Below the pieces are notes generated by a model. It did not search any database. It was not told where the DNA came from and worked only from the letters and a program-made list of their open reading frames with translations. A stretch of 64,000 nucleotides of DNA from NCBI GenBank assembly GCA_041192345.1, contig JBEEND010000003.1, positions 1,054 to 65,053 on the forward strand, given 5' to 3'. The position numbers and the translations under genes were made by a program. This document shows, in pieces, positions 27,310 to 38,801 of this stretch (positions are counted from its first letter, which is position 1; every line of letters begins with the position of its first letter). The DNA comes from Actinomycetota bacterium (GTDB lineage: Bacteria; Actinomycetota; Actinomycetes; S36-B12; UBA5976).

Positions 27310-27651
27310 CTACCCTGGCGGCCAAGTTAACGGCCTTCCGCCCAGTACGTGCAAGTGCATGTGGTCAACGGATTGCCCGCCATCTGATCCAGTATTCGTC
27401 ACAATTCGGTAACCGTTTTCTAGACCTTCACTTGTTGCTACTTGGGTGGCCAAGGCAAGTACCTGACCAGCGAGGGTTGGATTGCCCTGTGCCAGGGTCT
27501 GTGCATTCGCAAAGTGTTCCCGTGGAATTACTAAAACGTGAGTTGGCGCTTGTGGATCGATGTCGCGAAATGCCAATGCTGTATCCGTTTCAAGAACTAC
27601 ATCAACTGGAATTTCACCATTGGCAATTTTGCAAAATAAACAATCACTCAT
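27310..27651 (-). CDS. Histidine triad (HIT) family nucleotide hydrolase
   Basis: 113 aa. CLFCKI..GEIP and HMHLHVLGG motifs. Confidence 0.9.
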   Translation of the reverse strand: MSDCLFCKIANGEIPVDVVLETDTALAFRDIDPQAPTHVLVIPREHFANAQTLAQGNPTLAGQVLALATQVATSEGLENGYRIVTNTGSDGGQSVDHMHLHVLGGRPLTWPPG

Positions 27652-27659
27652 AATTTTCC

Positions 27660-28394
27660 CTAGGACCAGCGCTGGCTTCGCATTAATAAGCCACCAACTG
27701 CAATTGCGCCCGCTGTTGAAGTGCGCATTACGCTCGCTCCCATATGCACAACTCTGGCACCAGCGGCAGCAAATGCTGCTAACTCATTAGGTGAAATTCC
27801 ACCTTCTGGACCAACTATCAACATTATGGTTCCCTGCTCGCGGATTGCGCAGGCAGCAAGTGCTTGATCTGCACTTTCATGCAATACGAAAGCGCTTTGT
27901 GCTTGTTTTATCAATTCACAAATTTGCTCTGTTGTATGTAATTCTGAAATTTCTGGAATCCAGGCACGACGTGATTGCTTGGAGGATTCTCGTGAAGTTC
28001 GACGCCACTTTTCAAGTCCCTTGTCAACCGCGTCCCACTTACCGATTGAGTGTTCTGCTTTCCAAGGGATGATGGCATCTGCGCCAACTTCTGTAAGCAT
28101 CTCAACAGCAAGTTCTGCTCGCTCACCTTTTGCTAGAGCTTGCACAACAACAAATTTAGGTTCGGGAGCAGCTTCATAACTGACGCTCATAATGTCAACT
28201 TCAATGCTGTGCTTATGAACTGTTGTTACAGTTGCAATCGCTCGAATTCCTTGTCCATCACATAAGTTAATTACTTCGCCTGAGCGCATCCGCTTTACCG
28301 TGGCAGCATGGCGACCTTCATCACCAGTGAGAGTAAATGTCTTGGTCGCACTGGTAATTTCACCAGGACTAATTAAAAATTCTGCGGCGCTCAT
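27660..28394 (-). CDS. rsmE: 16S rRNA (uracil1498-N3)-methyltransferase
   Basis: 244 aa. PUA-like N-terminus ([19 protein letters not shown]), C-terminal SPOUT motif ([12 protein letters not shown]...G......G..V.R..TA), conserved position after dnaJ. Confidence 0.85.
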   Translation of the reverse strand: MSAAEFLISPGEITSATKTFTLTGDEGRHAATVKRMRSGEVINLCDGQGIRAIATVTTVHKHSIEVDIMSVSYEAAPEPKFVVVQALAKGERAELAVEMLTEVGADAIIPWKAEHSIGKWDAVDKGLEKWRRTSRESSKQSRRAWIPEISELHTTEQICELIKQAQSAFVLHESADQALAACAIREQGTIMLIVGPEGGISPNELAAFAAAGARVVHMGASVMRTSTAGAIAVGGLLMRSQRWS

Positions 28395-29509
28395 CGAGTG
28401 GTAAACGCATCCTTGAGTTTGCCAAACAAACTTGAGGACTGTTCGTGCAGTTGCGCTATTGGAGCTTCTTCATCCCGAAGCGCTGCCAGCTGTCGAACCA
28501 ATTCCTCTTGAGCCGAATCTAGATTTGTTGGTGTCAAAACATCTAGGTGAACAACTAAGTCGCCCCGTCCCGAACTGCGAAGTCTTGGCATGCCTTGACC
28601 ACGAAGTGTAACTGTGGCGCCAGATTGGGTTCCAGATTTTATGTGGATTGGGACAGCGCCATCTAATGTCTCAAGTTCCATGGTGGCGCCTAGAGCTGCA
28701 GCTGTCATTGGCAACGAAATAGTTGCGTGCAATTGATCGCCACGACGAGCAAAAACTGGATGTGGGATTTCAATCAATTCCACATACAGATCACCTGCGG
28801 GTCCACCACCTGGACCAACTTCGCCTTGTCCAGTCATTTGAATTCGAGTTCCGCCTTCAACCCCCGGTGGGATCTGAACTGTAATTGTGCTTCGAGTGCG
28901 AACTCGGCCATCACCAGCGCACTCAGCGCAAGGGTGCGGGTTCAGTGTTCCAAAACCTTGACACTGCGGACATTGCCGCGAAGTCATAACTTGACCTAAA
29001 AATGATTTCTGAACAGATTGCACTTCACCACGGCCTGCGCACATTGAGCAGTCAACAATTGCAGCGCCCGAGGTAGTGCCTTGACCAGTACACGCCGAAC
29101 AAATCACGGCAGTATCGACTACAAAATCACGCGTTACGCCAAATGCCGCTTCCTCAAGTGTGACCTGTAGTCGAATCAAGGCATCTTGACCACGGCGTTT
29201 ACGTGACCGAGGTCCGCGCTGTCCGCCGCCGCCAAAGAACGCATCAACAATGTCACCAAAACCAAAACCAGCAGCAGAGTTAAACCCGCCGCCGGATGAG
29301 AATGGATCCCCACCTAGGTCATGCATTTCACGCTTCTGGGGATCTGATAAAACTTCGTAAGCGGCAGCTACTTCTTTAAATTTCTCGCCCACCTCTGCGC
29401 CGGGATTTACATCTGGATGAAGTTCCCGAGCTAACTTGCGATACGAGCGTTTAATTTCTTCCGGAGTAGCGTCACTTCGAACGCCTAGAATTTTGTAATA
29501 GTCAGCCAT
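28391..29509 (-). CDS. dnaJ: Chaperone DnaJ
   Basis: 372 aa. J domain (DYYKILGV....[20 protein letters not shown]), G/F region, four CxxCxGxG zinc-finger repeats. Confidence 0.95.
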   Translation of the reverse strand: MADYYKILGVRSDATPEEIKRSYRKLARELHPDVNPGAEVGEKFKEVAAAYEVLSDPQKREMHDLGGDPFSSGGGFNSAAGFGFGDIVDAFFGGGGQRGPRSRKRRGQDALIRLQVTLEEAAFGVTRDFVVDTAVICSACTGQGTTSGAAIVDCSMCAGRGEVQSVQKSFLGQVMTSRQCPQCQGFGTLNPHPCAECAGDGRVRTRSTITVQIPPGVEGGTRIQMTGQGEVGPGGGPAGDLYVELIEIPHPVFARRGDQLHATISLPMTAAALGATMELETLDGAVPIHIKSGTQSGATVTLRGQGMPRLRSSGRGDLVVHLDVLTPTNLDSAQEELVRQLAALRDEEAPIAQLHEQSSSLFGKLKDAFTTR

Positions 29510-29511
29510 AA

Positions 29512-30528
29512 TTATTTATCCTGCAAAATCTGGCCAACATAACGAGCAACCGCTCGTACCGCCCCAATAGAGCCGGCATAATCCATTCGAGTGGGTCCTA
29601 AAATCCCGATAGTTGCCAGGGCTTGGTCTCCCGAACCGTAACCGACAGTGACAACTGATGCACGTTGTAACTCCTCAACCGAATTCTCATGACCTATTCG
29701 AACTGTTAAAGCATCAGGTGCGGCGGCTTCACCAAACAAGCGAAGTAACACAACGTGTTCTTCGAGTGCTTCTAAAACTGGGCCTACTGTTGCAGTGAAG
29801 TCCTCACCAACGCGTGCCAAATTTGAAGTACCACCGACAACTACGCGCTCTTCACTGTGCGTTACAACTGCATCCAAAATCGTTGCTATTACCGTATTCA
29901 CTGCAGAGCGCTGATCTGGCTGAAAGTTATCTCCTAAACCAATCAAACGTTCTGGAACCTCTGTGAAGAGCTGGCCATCCAATGCAACATTTAATCGAGT
30001 CCGCAAATCGTGCAAGAAGTCTTCCGAAACGCTTTGCAATAAGTCGACGGTTCGTTGCTCAATGCGTCCAGTATCTGCAATCAAAATCAATAGGAGTTTG
30101 CTGTTTCCAGAGTTAACTAACTCAACATGTCGCACGAAGCTGCGTCCAAGGGATGGATATTGCACAAGAGCTACTTGCTTAGTTAGCTGTGAAAGCAAAC
30201 GAACTGTGCGATTCATGACATCGTCAAGATCAACCGCTTGGTCTAGAAAAGTATGGATTGCTTTACGTTCTGGAGCGGACATTGGTTTAATGGAATTAAG
30301 TTTGTCCACGAATAGTCGATATCCCTTATCCGTTGGAATTCGACCAGCGCTAGTGTGCGGGGCGCTTAGGTAGCCCTCTTCTTCTAATGCCGACATGTCG
30401 TTTCGAATTGTTGCCGAGGAAACACCCAAGGAATGACGATCTACCAGTGCCTTAGAACCAACTGGCTCGTGAGTTTGGACATAGTCGTCAACAATTGCGC
30501 GTAAAACTGCTAATTTCCGCTCTTCCAT
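29512..30528 (-). CDS. hrcA: Heat-inducible transcription repressor HrcA
   Basis: ORF 29512-30597 trimmed to the ATG at 30528 ([24 protein letters not shown]). A CIRCE operator lies just upstream of this start. Confidence 0.93.
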   Translation of the reverse strand: MEERKLAVLRAIVDDYVQTHEPVGSKALVDRHSLGVSSATIRNDMSALEEEGYLSAPHTSAGRIPTDKGYRLFVDKLNSIKPMSAPERKAIHTFLDQAVDLDDVMNRTVRLLSQLTKQVALVQYPSLGRSFVRHVELVNSGNSKLLLILIADTGRIEQRTVDLLQSVSEDFLHDLRTRLNVALDGQLFTEVPERLIGLGDNFQPDQRSAVNTVIATILDAVVTHSEERVVVGGTSNLARVGEDFTATVGPVLEALEEHVVLLRLFGEAAAPDALTVRIGHENSVEELQRASVVTVGYGSGDQALATIGILGPTRMDYAGSIGAVRAVARYVGQILQDK

Positions 30529-30549
30529 GTCAACTCCTTGCACCAGCAC

Positions 30550-30576
30550 TTGGCACTCATAGTGCTCGAGTGCCAG
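30550..30576 (-). promoter_or_regulatory. CIRCE operator (HrcA binding site) upstream of hrcA-dnaJ
   Basis: TTGGCACTC-ATAGTGCTC-GAGTGCCAG matches the consensus TTAGCACTC-N9-GAGTGCTAA with a 9-nt spacer. It lies between the hemW stop (30588) and the hrcA start (30528). Confidence 0.85.
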
Positions 30577-30587
30577 TCTAACCTTGG

Positions 30588-31736
30588 TTAAGCCCAAAGG
30601 CGTGCGACTAAGCCGTCGGCTAACAGGCGACCTTTATATGTAAGGACTGCCATTCCCGTTTCAAAGTCAGTTGCCTCAAGTAACCCTTGTGCCAGCGCTA
30701 ACTTGGCTTCGGCAATGCCTGCCTCGGCAAGAACTTTTAATTCAAGACCCTCGCGAAGTCGCAAGCGCAACATGATTTCTTCGTGCGCGATGTCAGCTGG
30801 CGCCAAAACTTCCTGATCAGCAGCTGGCGAAGAGCCCTCATCAATTAATGCCGCCCATGCCGCAGGATGTTTTACATTCCACGATCTAGTACCGGAAGTG
30901 TGGGCATGTGCCCCTGGTCCAATGCCAAGCCAATCTTGATTTTTCCAATAAGCAATGTTGTGCCGACATTCACCGCCTGGTTTTGACCAATTACTCACTT
31001 CATACCAAGTCATGTTCATTTCTTTTAATGCCGCATCAATTACGCCATAGCGGTGCGCTGCCACATCATCACTTGGTTGCGCTACTTCACCTCGCGCCAC
31101 GCGAGCAGCTAATTTTGTTCCTGGTTCAACAATCAAGGAATAAGCGCTGACATGATCTACATCAGCATTAGCAACATCATGCAAAGTTCCAATTAGATCT
31201 TGCTCGGATTCACCAGGTGTTCCGTAAATTAGATCCACACTGACATGTTCAAATCCAGCTTTTCGGGCATCATCAATTGCTTGCCAAGTTTTTCCAGGAG
31301 TATGAGTGCGTTCCAGAATTTGTAATACATTGCTTGCGCTACTTTGATGACCAAACGAGATTCGGGTAAAGCCACCGTTGCGCAAAATCTCTAAATCCTG
31401 CAATGTCACCGAATCAGGATTTGCCTCGGTTGTAACTTCGGCATCCGAGGTAAGCCCATAAGTAGTTTTTGCCGCATCCAAAATCCGAACCAAGTTTGTC
31501 GCTGAAATCATGGTTGGAGTTCCACCGCCAAAAAACACCGTGCTTAATTGGCGATCATCAGTCAGATTTTGATTTCGTAGCCAATTGATTTCAGCAACAA
31601 CTCGATCTGGATAAGTGGTTGTCGTTATTGAAGTGCCATCACGGTGAAGTTCTGCTGCGGTATAAGTATTGAAGTCGCAGTAACCACAGCGCGAAGCGCA
31701 AAATGGAATGTGAATGTATGCGCTTAAAGTACGCAT
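30588..31736 (-). CDS. hemW: Radical SAM heme chaperone HemW (HemN-like, oxygen-independent coproporphyrinogen oxidase family)
   Basis: 382 aa. Radical SAM CxxxCxxC ([12 protein letters not shown]), GGGTP, C-terminal HemN_C-like region. Confidence 0.9.
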   Translation of the reverse strand: MRTLSAYIHIPFCASRCGYCDFNTYTAAELHRDGTSITTTTYPDRVVAEINWLRNQNLTDDRQLSTVFFGGGTPTMISATNLVRILDAAKTTYGLTSDAEVTTEANPDSVTLQDLEILRNGGFTRISFGHQSSASNVLQILERTHTPGKTWQAIDDARKAGFEHVSVDLIYGTPGESEQDLIGTLHDVANADVDHVSAYSLIVEPGTKLAARVARGEVAQPSDDVAAHRYGVIDAALKEMNMTWYEVSNWSKPGGECRHNIAYWKNQDWLGIGPGAHAHTSGTRSWNVKHPAAWAALIDEGSSPAADQEVLAPADIAHEEIMLRLRLREGLELKVLAEAGIAEAKLALAQGLLEATDFETGMAVLTYKGRLLADGLVARLWA

Positions 31737-31739
31737 TAG

Positions 31740-32375
31740 TTATTTAAGATACCCAGAAACTTGAGTATGCATCGCTTCTGGAAGATCTGGGCAGGCAATT
31801 ACTCGCGCTAAGCGATCAGCATCACGGTCGCCCGCAACTAATTGATAAACATCGCAGACAGTGACACCGTGATCTGGGGTAGCAACTATTTCAATTTCAT
31901 CGCCTGCCGCAATGCTGCCAGCTTCTAAAACTTGGAAATATGCACCCGGCATACCTTCAGCCATAAAACGCTTAACCCACTTATCAACATCCATCCAGCG
32001 AGCAAAGGTGCCACATGGAATTCTCGGCCCGGTAACTTGCAACAAAGTTGTGCCGATTCGCCAAGTCTGACCAATCACAGCGTTTGTCACATCTATATCC
32101 GTAGTTGTTAAATTTTCGCCAAACTTGCCGGCGGAAATATCAAGTCCAAGTTCGGCTTCCCACCACTGGTAATCTTCCAGCGCGTAAGCATAAACTGCCT
32201 GCTCTGGCATACCGTGATTAGGTTTATCAGCGCGCTGATCCCCTGCAACACCTGCAGTTGTAACTTGGCGCGCGTCACTAACGGGCCGCTTATCTATTGC
32301 AGTTACTCCAACGTCGCCACCAACGTCGGGAATTATGGCATGCATAACGTTAAGTGAAACAACTTGCGCAGACAT
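31740..32375 (-). CDS. MOSC domain-containing protein
   Basis: 211 aa. MOSC beta-barrel signature (GENL.T..ID.......G....IG...L.VT.PR.PC..F) followed by a 3-alpha-like C-terminal region. Confidence 0.8.
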   Translation of the reverse strand: MSAQVVSLNVMHAIIPDVGGDVGVTAIDKRPVSDARQVTTAGVAGDQRADKPNHGMPEQAVYAYALEDYQWWEAELGLDISAGKFGENLTTTDIDVTNAVIGQTWRIGTTLLQVTGPRIPCGTFARWMDVDKWVKRFMAEGMPGAYFQVLEAGSIAAGDEIEIVATPDHGVTVCDVYQLVAGDRDADRLARVIACPDLPEAMHTQVSGYLK

Positions 32376-34231
32376 TACTTAGCCTTTGCCTTTGGACCAT
32401 TGTCATCAGTTGAAAGCGCGGCAATGAAAGCTTCTTGTGGAACTTCCACTCGGCCCACCATTTTCATGCGCTTCTTACCTTCCTTCTGCTTTTCCAGAAG
32501 TTTACGTTTGCGCGATATGTCGCCGCCATAACACTTTGCTAGAACATCTTTTCGAATAGCGCGAATTGTTTCGCGCGCAATGATTCGAGCTCCGATTGCG
32601 GCCTGGATTGGAACTTCGAATTGCTGGCGAGGAATTAAATCCTTTAATTTTGCAGCCATTGCCAAGCCATAGTTGTAAGCCTTATCGCGGTGCACAATTG
32701 CGCTGAATGCATCGACCGGGTCGCCGTGCAACAAAATATCGACCTTAACTAAATCTGCACTTTGTTCACCCGTTGGTTCGTAGTCAAGTGAGGCATAACC
32801 ACGAGTCTTGGACTTTAATTGATCAAAGAAATCAAACACGATTTCGGCCAATGGCAAGGTGTAGCGCATTTCAACTCGGTCTTCAGATAAGTAATCCATA
32901 CCTAGCAAAGTGCCTCGCCTAGTTTGGCATAGTTCCATAATTGACCCAACGAATTCACTTGGCGTCAGGATTGTTGATTTAACTATGGGTTCATTTACTT
33001 CTGCAACTTTTCCACCTGGAAATTCACTTGGGTTGGTCACAATTATTTCTTTGCCATCGTCCATGACTACTCGATAAACCACGTTCGGTGCAGTTGAGAT
33101 TAATTCAAGATTGAATTCGCGCTCAAGTCGCTCGCGAACAATCTCTAAGTGAAGTAAGCCAAGGAAGCCACAACGAAAGCCGAATCCAAGTGCAACTGAT
33201 GTCTCAGGTTCATAAACTAAGGCAGCATCATTAAGTTTTAGTTTGTCGAGAGCTTCGCGTAGTTCCGGATAGTCCGAACCATCAAGCGGGTAAAGTCCCG
33301 AGAACACCATAGGAACTGGATCGCGATATCCGCCAAGTGATTGGGTCGCCGGGTTCCCCGACAGTGTTACGGTGTCGCCAACTCGTGACTGACGCACGTC
33401 TTTAACTCCGGTGATCAAGTAACCCACTTCGCCAACACCAATTGCAGCTGAAGCAAGTGGGTCAGGTGAGATTACGCCAACTTCTAGAGTTTCGTGAGTT
33501 TCGCCAGTACTCATCATCTTGATGCGATCGCGATGCGGAATCCTGCCATCGATAACACGAACATAAGTTACTACGCCGCGATAAGTATCGTAAACCGAGT
33601 CAAAAATTAATGCGCGAGCTGGCGCTTGCGGATCTCCAACGGGTGCTGGTATTTGCCGCACTATTTCATTTAGTAACACTTCAACGCCAGCGCCAGTCTT
33701 TGCACTGACTTTAAGCACGGTTTCTGGATCGCAACCAATTATGTGCGCGAGTTCTGCAGCATACTTTTCTGGCTGCGCCGCAGGAAGATCAATTTTGTTT
33801 AGCACAGGAATAATCGTGAGATTGTTTTCTAGAGCTAAATAAAGATTTGCAAGAGTTTGCGCCTCAATACCTTGAGCTGCGTCAACCAATAAAACCGCAC
33901 CTTCACAGGCAGCTAAGCTCCGACTTACTTCGTAAGTGAAATCCACGTGACCAGGGGTGTCAATTAAATTCAAAACATAAGTTTCGTTGTCATCCGCAAC
34001 GAAAGGCAGGCGGACTGCTTGGCTCTTAATCGTGATGCCACGCTCGCGCTCAATATCCATGCGGTCCAAGTACTGGGCGCGCATGTGCCGTGGATCAACG
34101 ATTTCCGTGATCTGCAGCATGCGATCTGCCAGGGTTGACTTGCCGTGGTCAATGTGGGCAATAATGCAGAAATTTCTAATAATTTTGGGATCTGTCGCTC
34201 CTGGCTTGGGTGGATTAATAGCCTTCGACAT
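32375..34231 (-). CDS. lepA: Translation elongation factor 4
   Basis: ORF to 34249, with the likely start at ATG 34231 (MSKAINPPK...). [34 protein letters not shown] and the LepA C-terminal domain are present. Confidence 0.95.
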   Translation of the reverse strand: MSKAINPPKPGATDPKIIRNFCIIAHIDHGKSTLADRMLQITEIVDPRHMRAQYLDRMDIERERGITIKSQAVRLPFVADDNETYVLNLIDTPGHVDFTYEVSRSLAACEGAVLLVDAAQGIEAQTLANLYLALENNLTIIPVLNKIDLPAAQPEKYAAELAHIIGCDPETVLKVSAKTGAGVEVLLNEIVRQIPAPVGDPQAPARALIFDSVYDTYRGVVTYVRVIDGRIPHRDRIKMMSTGETHETLEVGVISPDPLASAAIGVGEVGYLITGVKDVRQSRVGDTVTLSGNPATQSLGGYRDPVPMVFSGLYPLDGSDYPELREALDKLKLNDAALVYEPETSVALGFGFRCGFLGLLHLEIVRERLEREFNLELISTAPNVVYRVVMDDGKEIIVTNPSEFPGGKVAEVNEPIVKSTILTPSEFVGSIMELCQTRRGTLLGMDYLSEDRVEMRYTLPLAEIVFDFFDQLKSKTRGYASLDYEPTGEQSADLVKVDILLHGDPVDAFSAIVHRDKAYNYGLAMAAKLKDLIPRQQFEVPIQAAIGARIIARETIRAIRKDVLAKCYGGDISRKRKLLEKQKEGKKRMKMVGRVEVPQEAFIAALSTDDNGPKAKAK

Positions 34232-34325
34232 TCGCTCATAATCCCACACTTCGGCACAATTTGAGCATTCGGGTGCTTGGCAGGTACGCTAGAGCCTCAA
34301 ACACCAATAATCGAAGAGGCAAAAA

Positions 34326-34586
34326 GTGGCCAATATCAAGTCGCAGAAGAAGCGTATTTTGCAGAATGCTGCTGCCCAAGAACGTAATAAGGCAGTTCGT
34401 AGTGCGCTAAAGACCAAGGTTCGTCGTTTCCGTGAGGCCCTAGCTACAGGTGACGAAGCAGCAACTGCCTCAGCACTTCGCGATGCCAGCCGTGCGCTAG
34501 ATAAAGCAGCTGCTAAAGGTGTAATCCACAAGAACCAGGCTGCTAATCGTAAGTCAGCGCTTGCTTCAACAGCTGTAACGAAGTAA
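34326..34586 (+). CDS. rpsT: 30S ribosomal protein S20
   Basis: 86 aa with a GTG start. [11 protein letters not shown]......R.....S..KT is a typical S20 N-terminus. Confidence 0.95.
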   Translation: MANIKSQKKRILQNAAAQERNKAVRSALKTKVRRFREALATGDEAATASALRDASRALDKAAAKGVIHKNQAANRKSALASTAVTK

Positions 34587-34598
34587 TTAAACTTTTAG

Positions 34599-34623
34599 AA
34601 AACCGCCTTCGGGCGGTTTTTTT
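34599..34623. terminator. Bidirectional rho-independent terminator between convergent rpsT and holA
   Basis: AAAACCGCC-TTCG-GGCGGTTTTTTT: a GC stem with a tetraloop, flanked by a T-run on the plus strand and an A-run upstream, so it also works on the minus strand. Confidence 0.8.
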
Positions 34624-34631
34624 ATTGCCTC

Positions 34632-35648
34632 TTACGCTTTAGGGGCTCGGATCGCCATGAACTCTTTTTCCATGTGATACAAAGTTTGCGAACTTTCCAA
34701 TGACCTGCCGCCGGGAATTGCAGTGTCATAGACCGTGCCTTTACTTGAACGATCTGCTAACGCAAGTAATCGAGCTGCTGCGGCAAGCTGGTCTGGATGC
34801 CATTTGGCTTTTTGGGTTCGTAAAAATTTAAGTTTCCAAGGTGGCACACCAACTAAGGGTGCTAATTCGAATTCACTCATGTTGGCAGGAGCACTTGCAT
34901 ATTTAATCAGGGTGCGAAGGCCACTGCTAATGGCAGAGACTGCGGGTACAGTAGCGCTGGAATCATTTGTTACCGCCCAGCGAAACTTTTCTAATAATTC
35001 AATCGGGTCACCATTCCACATGGCATCGCTTAGATCCCATCCCATTACTCCAGTGATTCCAGCGTAATACTTTGATACTTCACCTTCATCTATGATTTCT
35101 GATTCAGTATCAGCACACAATTGGGAAACGGCTGCCAATAGTTCGCCTAGACCCGAGCCAATTGAAGTTTGTAGCGCAGTGACCGCGCCTGCCGTTGCTT
35201 TGCGATCATGTCTACGAAACTCACCCACTATCGCTGCTGCCAAGTCTTTGGACTTTAGCTCGCCGCAGGCAGCCTCTAGAACATCTGCTTTCCTTATTGT
35301 GTCCAGTAACTTCTTACCTTTAACGCCACCTGGATGGGTTACAACTAAGCGAACGTGTTCGGGTAATTCCGAAATTGCTGATAGCAAAATCGCACTGACG
35401 TCATCAGTTGCAGAATCTATCCCCTCGAGCACTATTACCGTTAGTTCTCCGAATAACGATGGTGACAATGCATTGGACAGTTCTCCGGCCGCAGATTCGG
35501 CGCTGGCAGAAATATCCAAACGAATAGCTGCTGGATCGGTTTTTCGCGCAGAAGACATGACGCCCGCAATTACCCGTTGCACTAAAATCGATTCCTTGCC
35601 AACAGCCAAGACAGTGTTTGCTTGATCTGTGGGCGACTTTTTTACCAT
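34632..35648 (-). CDS. holA: DNA polymerase III delta subunit
   Basis: 338 aa. Fits by length, by position next to comEC and opposite rpsT, and by delta-like N-terminal region. The sequence is weakly conserved, as is usual for holA. Confidence 0.8.
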   Translation of the reverse strand: MVKKSPTDQANTVLAVGKESILVQRVIAGVMSSARKTDPAAIRLDISASAESAAGELSNALSPSLFGELTVIVLEGIDSATDDVSAILLSAISELPEHVRLVVTHPGGVKGKKLLDTIRKADVLEAACGELKSKDLAAAIVGEFRRHDRKATAGAVTALQTSIGSGLGELLAAVSQLCADTESEIIDEGEVSKYYAGITGVMGWDLSDAMWNGDPIELLEKFRWAVTNDSSATVPAVSAISSGLRTLIKYASAPANMSEFELAPLVGVPPWKLKFLRTQKAKWHPDQLAAAARLLALADRSSKGTVYDTAIPGGRSLESSQTLYHMEKEFMAIRAPKA

Positions 35649-35674
35649 AGTTGTAATATCTCACGGCGGTGTGA

Positions 35675-38035
35675 CTAATGTCTGGTCGCCACCCAAATCC
35701 TGGAATCTTTGACAATAATCGCCAAGTCGCCGCTGCGGTCGGTTCGAAATACTGCGCTACCCGTCATTTCGTATAGTGCGAGAGTTTCTGGGGCGGGATG
35801 ACCGTAGTCATTCCCCGCACCTACTGAAATAATGGCTACTTCTGCATATGCCCAACTCGCAAAGTCACTTGATTGGTATCTGGAACCATGGTGGGCAACT
35901 TTTATTACATCAAAATCTTGCCGTGGCGTACTTCTGGCAATTTCCTCCTGTACCGGCGGCTCAATGTCACCAGTTAGCAGGATCGATACTCCCTGGCTAT
36001 TAACTGCTAAGGCCACACTTGAATTATTTGCATCGCTGCCTTCCCCCAAAATCAACCGCTTTGGCCAAATGCAAGTGAACTTAACGTCCTGGACGGTGAA
36101 AGTTTCTGGATATGTCATTACGGCGGCAGATAATCCAAGTTTGTGCAAAGTATTTGTCAAAAACTTTGTCGTTTCAGCTGGATCAGCCAGCGGACTAACG
36201 CGAATTTCGCCGACTTGTCTTCCTTGCAGCGCGCCACTTAAGCCACCAACGTGGTCAGCATGAAAATGAGTCAGAACGAGAACAGGGATTTTCTTAATGT
36301 GTAACCGACTAAGGCAGCGGTCAATAACTTTTGGATCCCCACCCACATCAATTACGACGGCCTCGTGTGGCCCAGTAGAAATCACTGTGGCATCCCCCTG
36401 TCCGACGTCGCAGGTAACCATAATCCAATTACCAGGTGGCCAAGGTTTTAGCTCAAGGTTCGGTGGATTCCAAAGCAATACTGCAGCCACGGTGACTATG
36501 GATAGGAGTTTGGATTTTTGTGCAAGAGATATCCGCCGCCAGAACAGCCCAGCATGTACTGCACAAACTGTGAAACCCAAAGATAAAGTGATGCCAAATT
36601 TTTCGCTGGGCCATGGCACAACCAGCCATTGCAGGCTTGTACTGATACGGGCAATTAGCGCAATCACTTCAGCAAATAATCCGGCGCACCAGGCGATGAC
36701 AACTCCCAGTTGGGAAGAAGCGGGCGTAACTAATGCTGCCAATAATCCAAGAACCATTGTCGGGCCAGCAATCGGAACCGCAAACATATTTGCAGGAATT
36801 GAACTTAATGAAATTGGCGAGCCAAGCGCGACTATTAATGGAAACACCGCCAGCTGCGCTGCAATAGTTACCGCCATGATTTGAATCAACCAAAGTGGGA
36901 TACGTTTGGGAAATTTTTGTTCTAGAAAGTTTTGGATGCGACTTACCCAAAGCACTAAGCCTGCAGTGGCTGCCACTGAAAGTGCGAAGCCGTATGACAA
37001 CGCAAGCCAAGGATCAATCACAACAAGAAATATCACTGCCACACTCAGCGCTGGAACTGGCGACTTGCGCGAGTTTGAATAAGTCGCAAGCAAGGCAACT
37101 AAACCCATCACAGTTGCGCGCAGCACACTAGGTTGTGGACGAACTAAAACTACGAAAGCAAGTAAGGCCACAAACGTCACTGAGTACTGGAGATTTTTAC
37201 TCGCTTTAACTCGGCGCAATAAGGCAAGTACCACGATGATGAGTAGCGTCACATTTGTTCCCGACACCGCAATCAAATGTTTCAGTCCTGCACCTTTCAT
37301 CTGCTGCGATAACTCTGGCGAAATTGCTGAACTATCGCCCAGCGCTAAGCCAGGAACTAAACCCTTAGCAGCAGGGGAACTAAATCTCAAGGATTCATGT
37401 AATCCAGATCGTAATTTAGCCGCTAACCATTGGTACCTGGGCGCAGATTTAATCACGACCGGTGGTTCTAATGGTTTGAGATAACCAGCTAACGCGCGGC
37501 CGATTGGAGCGGCAGAAAGTTTGCCAACAAAGGATATTTGGTTACCTGGAATTAGATACTTAAAACTTTCAATTAATTCAGGTTCTGTTACAAGTACCAA
37601 AACTGGTGTACTCAGTTTGAAACTCTCACCTCGAATCGTTGCAGTATCGATTCGCAAACCCACTCTGAGCAAATCCTGTTGGGTCCAATCCAATTTTCCT
37701 TTTCGATTTGAAATAACTGGATCTGAAATAACCGTGGCAGTTCCTTTTATTACTGCTCCACTCAAGCTTGCCTGCGAAATAGGACCATACGCAATTGGAT
37801 AAAGCCGCAATAGCGAAACAAGGCAACCCAGGATGGAGCCAAGCAAAATATAGATGCCTAAAGTTTTTGAATCAATTAACTTGGTCTGAAAGTACCTAAG
37901 CGAAATTAATACCAGCAGCACTACGGCCGTAAAAATAACCCAAGACCAAATCGGATTACTCAGTCCGAGTAATCCGATAGTCAGCGCCGCAGCCAGCCAA
38001 GTTGAAATAGCAAATGGTGCGAGACGAAAATCCAC
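35675..38035 (-). CDS. comEC: ComEC/Rec2 DNA internalisation channel protein with C-terminal metallo-beta-lactamase domain
   Basis: 786 aa. Multi-TM competence domain plus an MBL motif (VLVLTHFHADHVGG ... VAHHGS). Confidence 0.9.
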   Translation of the reverse strand: MDFRLAPFAISTWLAAALTIGLLGLSNPIWSWVIFTAVVLLVLISLRYFQTKLIDSKTLGIYILLGSILGCLVSLLRLYPIAYGPISQASLSGAVIKGTATVISDPVISNRKGKLDWTQQDLLRVGLRIDTATIRGESFKLSTPVLVLVTEPELIESFKYLIPGNQISFVGKLSAAPIGRALAGYLKPLEPPVVIKSAPRYQWLAAKLRSGLHESLRFSSPAAKGLVPGLALGDSSAISPELSQQMKGAGLKHLIAVSGTNVTLLIIVVLALLRRVKASKNLQYSVTFVALLAFVVLVRPQPSVLRATVMGLVALLATYSNSRKSPVPALSVAVIFLVVIDPWLALSYGFALSVAATAGLVLWVSRIQNFLEQKFPKRIPLWLIQIMAVTIAAQLAVFPLIVALGSPISLSSIPANMFAVPIAGPTMVLGLLAALVTPASSQLGVVIAWCAGLFAEVIALIARISTSLQWLVVPWPSEKFGITLSLGFTVCAVHAGLFWRRISLAQKSKLLSIVTVAAVLLWNPPNLELKPWPPGNWIMVTCDVGQGDATVISTGPHEAVVIDVGGDPKVIDRCLSRLHIKKIPVLVLTHFHADHVGGLSGALQGRQVGEIRVSPLADPAETTKFLTNTLHKLGLSAAVMTYPETFTVQDVKFTCIWPKRLILGEGSDANNSSVALAVNSQGVSILLTGDIEPPVQEEIARSTPRQDFDVIKVAHHGSRYQSSDFASWAYAEVAIISVGAGNDYGHPAPETLALYEMTGSAVFRTDRSGDLAIIVKDSRIWVATRH

Positions 38036-38749
38036 CTAAATTTTGATTAGCGGCTTAAGGTTTGCGAAAACCTTTGCTCCAATTCCTGGAACTTCTTGTA
38101 ATTGTTCAATTGAGTGAAATCTCTGATTCCGATCACGCCAAGCAATAATTCGTCCTGCCATTACTGGCCCAACCCCAGGCAAAGTATCCAATTGCTCAAT
38201 CGTAGCTAAGTTCAAGTTGACTCGAGAATCAACTCCTACTCCACTTGATTGCGCCTTACCAACGTAAATCATTTGGCCATCTGATAGTCGCTCGGCCAAA
38301 TTGATAGTGCTGATGTCCGCATCAACTACTAATCCACCAGCTGCTGCAATTGCATCAGCCACCCGAGAGCCCGCGCTTAAAGTGACCAAGCCCGGCACCA
38401 TCACATCACCTTTTACATCGATCACAATCTGATCAAAGGAATCTTGATCTTGGAGTGTTTGATCCGAAGTAGTGACTGGTTGGGCAATCGGTATCCCTGG
38501 ACTTTTTAGGGCTGATTTTGTCAGAGTAGTTGGCCGATTTAACCAAACTAATAATGCGACTACGCATACTGCAATCGCGATAATTTTTGTCAATGGATTA
38601 ATGGCTTCTCGAGGTGGCTCAAAAAGAAATTGGGCAGGTTCACTTGGCGCAGTAACTTCGCTTCTGCTTTCCAGAATTTTGCGGAGTCGCTGCTCCGCAA
38701 CATTAGTTAATTGCTGAGTTGTTTTCCTAAAGGGCGCCATGGTTTTCAC
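38036..38749 (-). CDS. comEA: ComEA-family DNA receptor (SLBB plus helix-hairpin-helix)
   Basis: 237 aa with one TM segment. SLBB-like region (VKGDVMVPGLVTL..GSRVADAI.AAGG) and C-terminal HhH (VNLNLATIEQLDTLPGVGPVMAGRIIAWR......F.SIEQLQEVPGIG). The stop abuts the comEC start. Confidence 0.85.
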   Translation of the reverse strand: MKTMAPFRKTTQQLTNVAEQRLRKILESRSEVTAPSEPAQFLFEPPREAINPLTKIIAIAVCVVALLVWLNRPTTLTKSALKSPGIPIAQPVTTSDQTLQDQDSFDQIVIDVKGDVMVPGLVTLSAGSRVADAIAAAGGLVVDADISTINLAERLSDGQMIYVGKAQSSGVGVDSRVNLNLATIEQLDTLPGVGPVMAGRIIAWRDRNQRFHSIEQLQEVPGIGAKVFANLKPLIKI

Positions 38750-38801
38750 AGTAGATTTAGTTGCCCTGAACTTGCGCGCTGGAAAAGTGGTTGTGGGCAG
38801 A

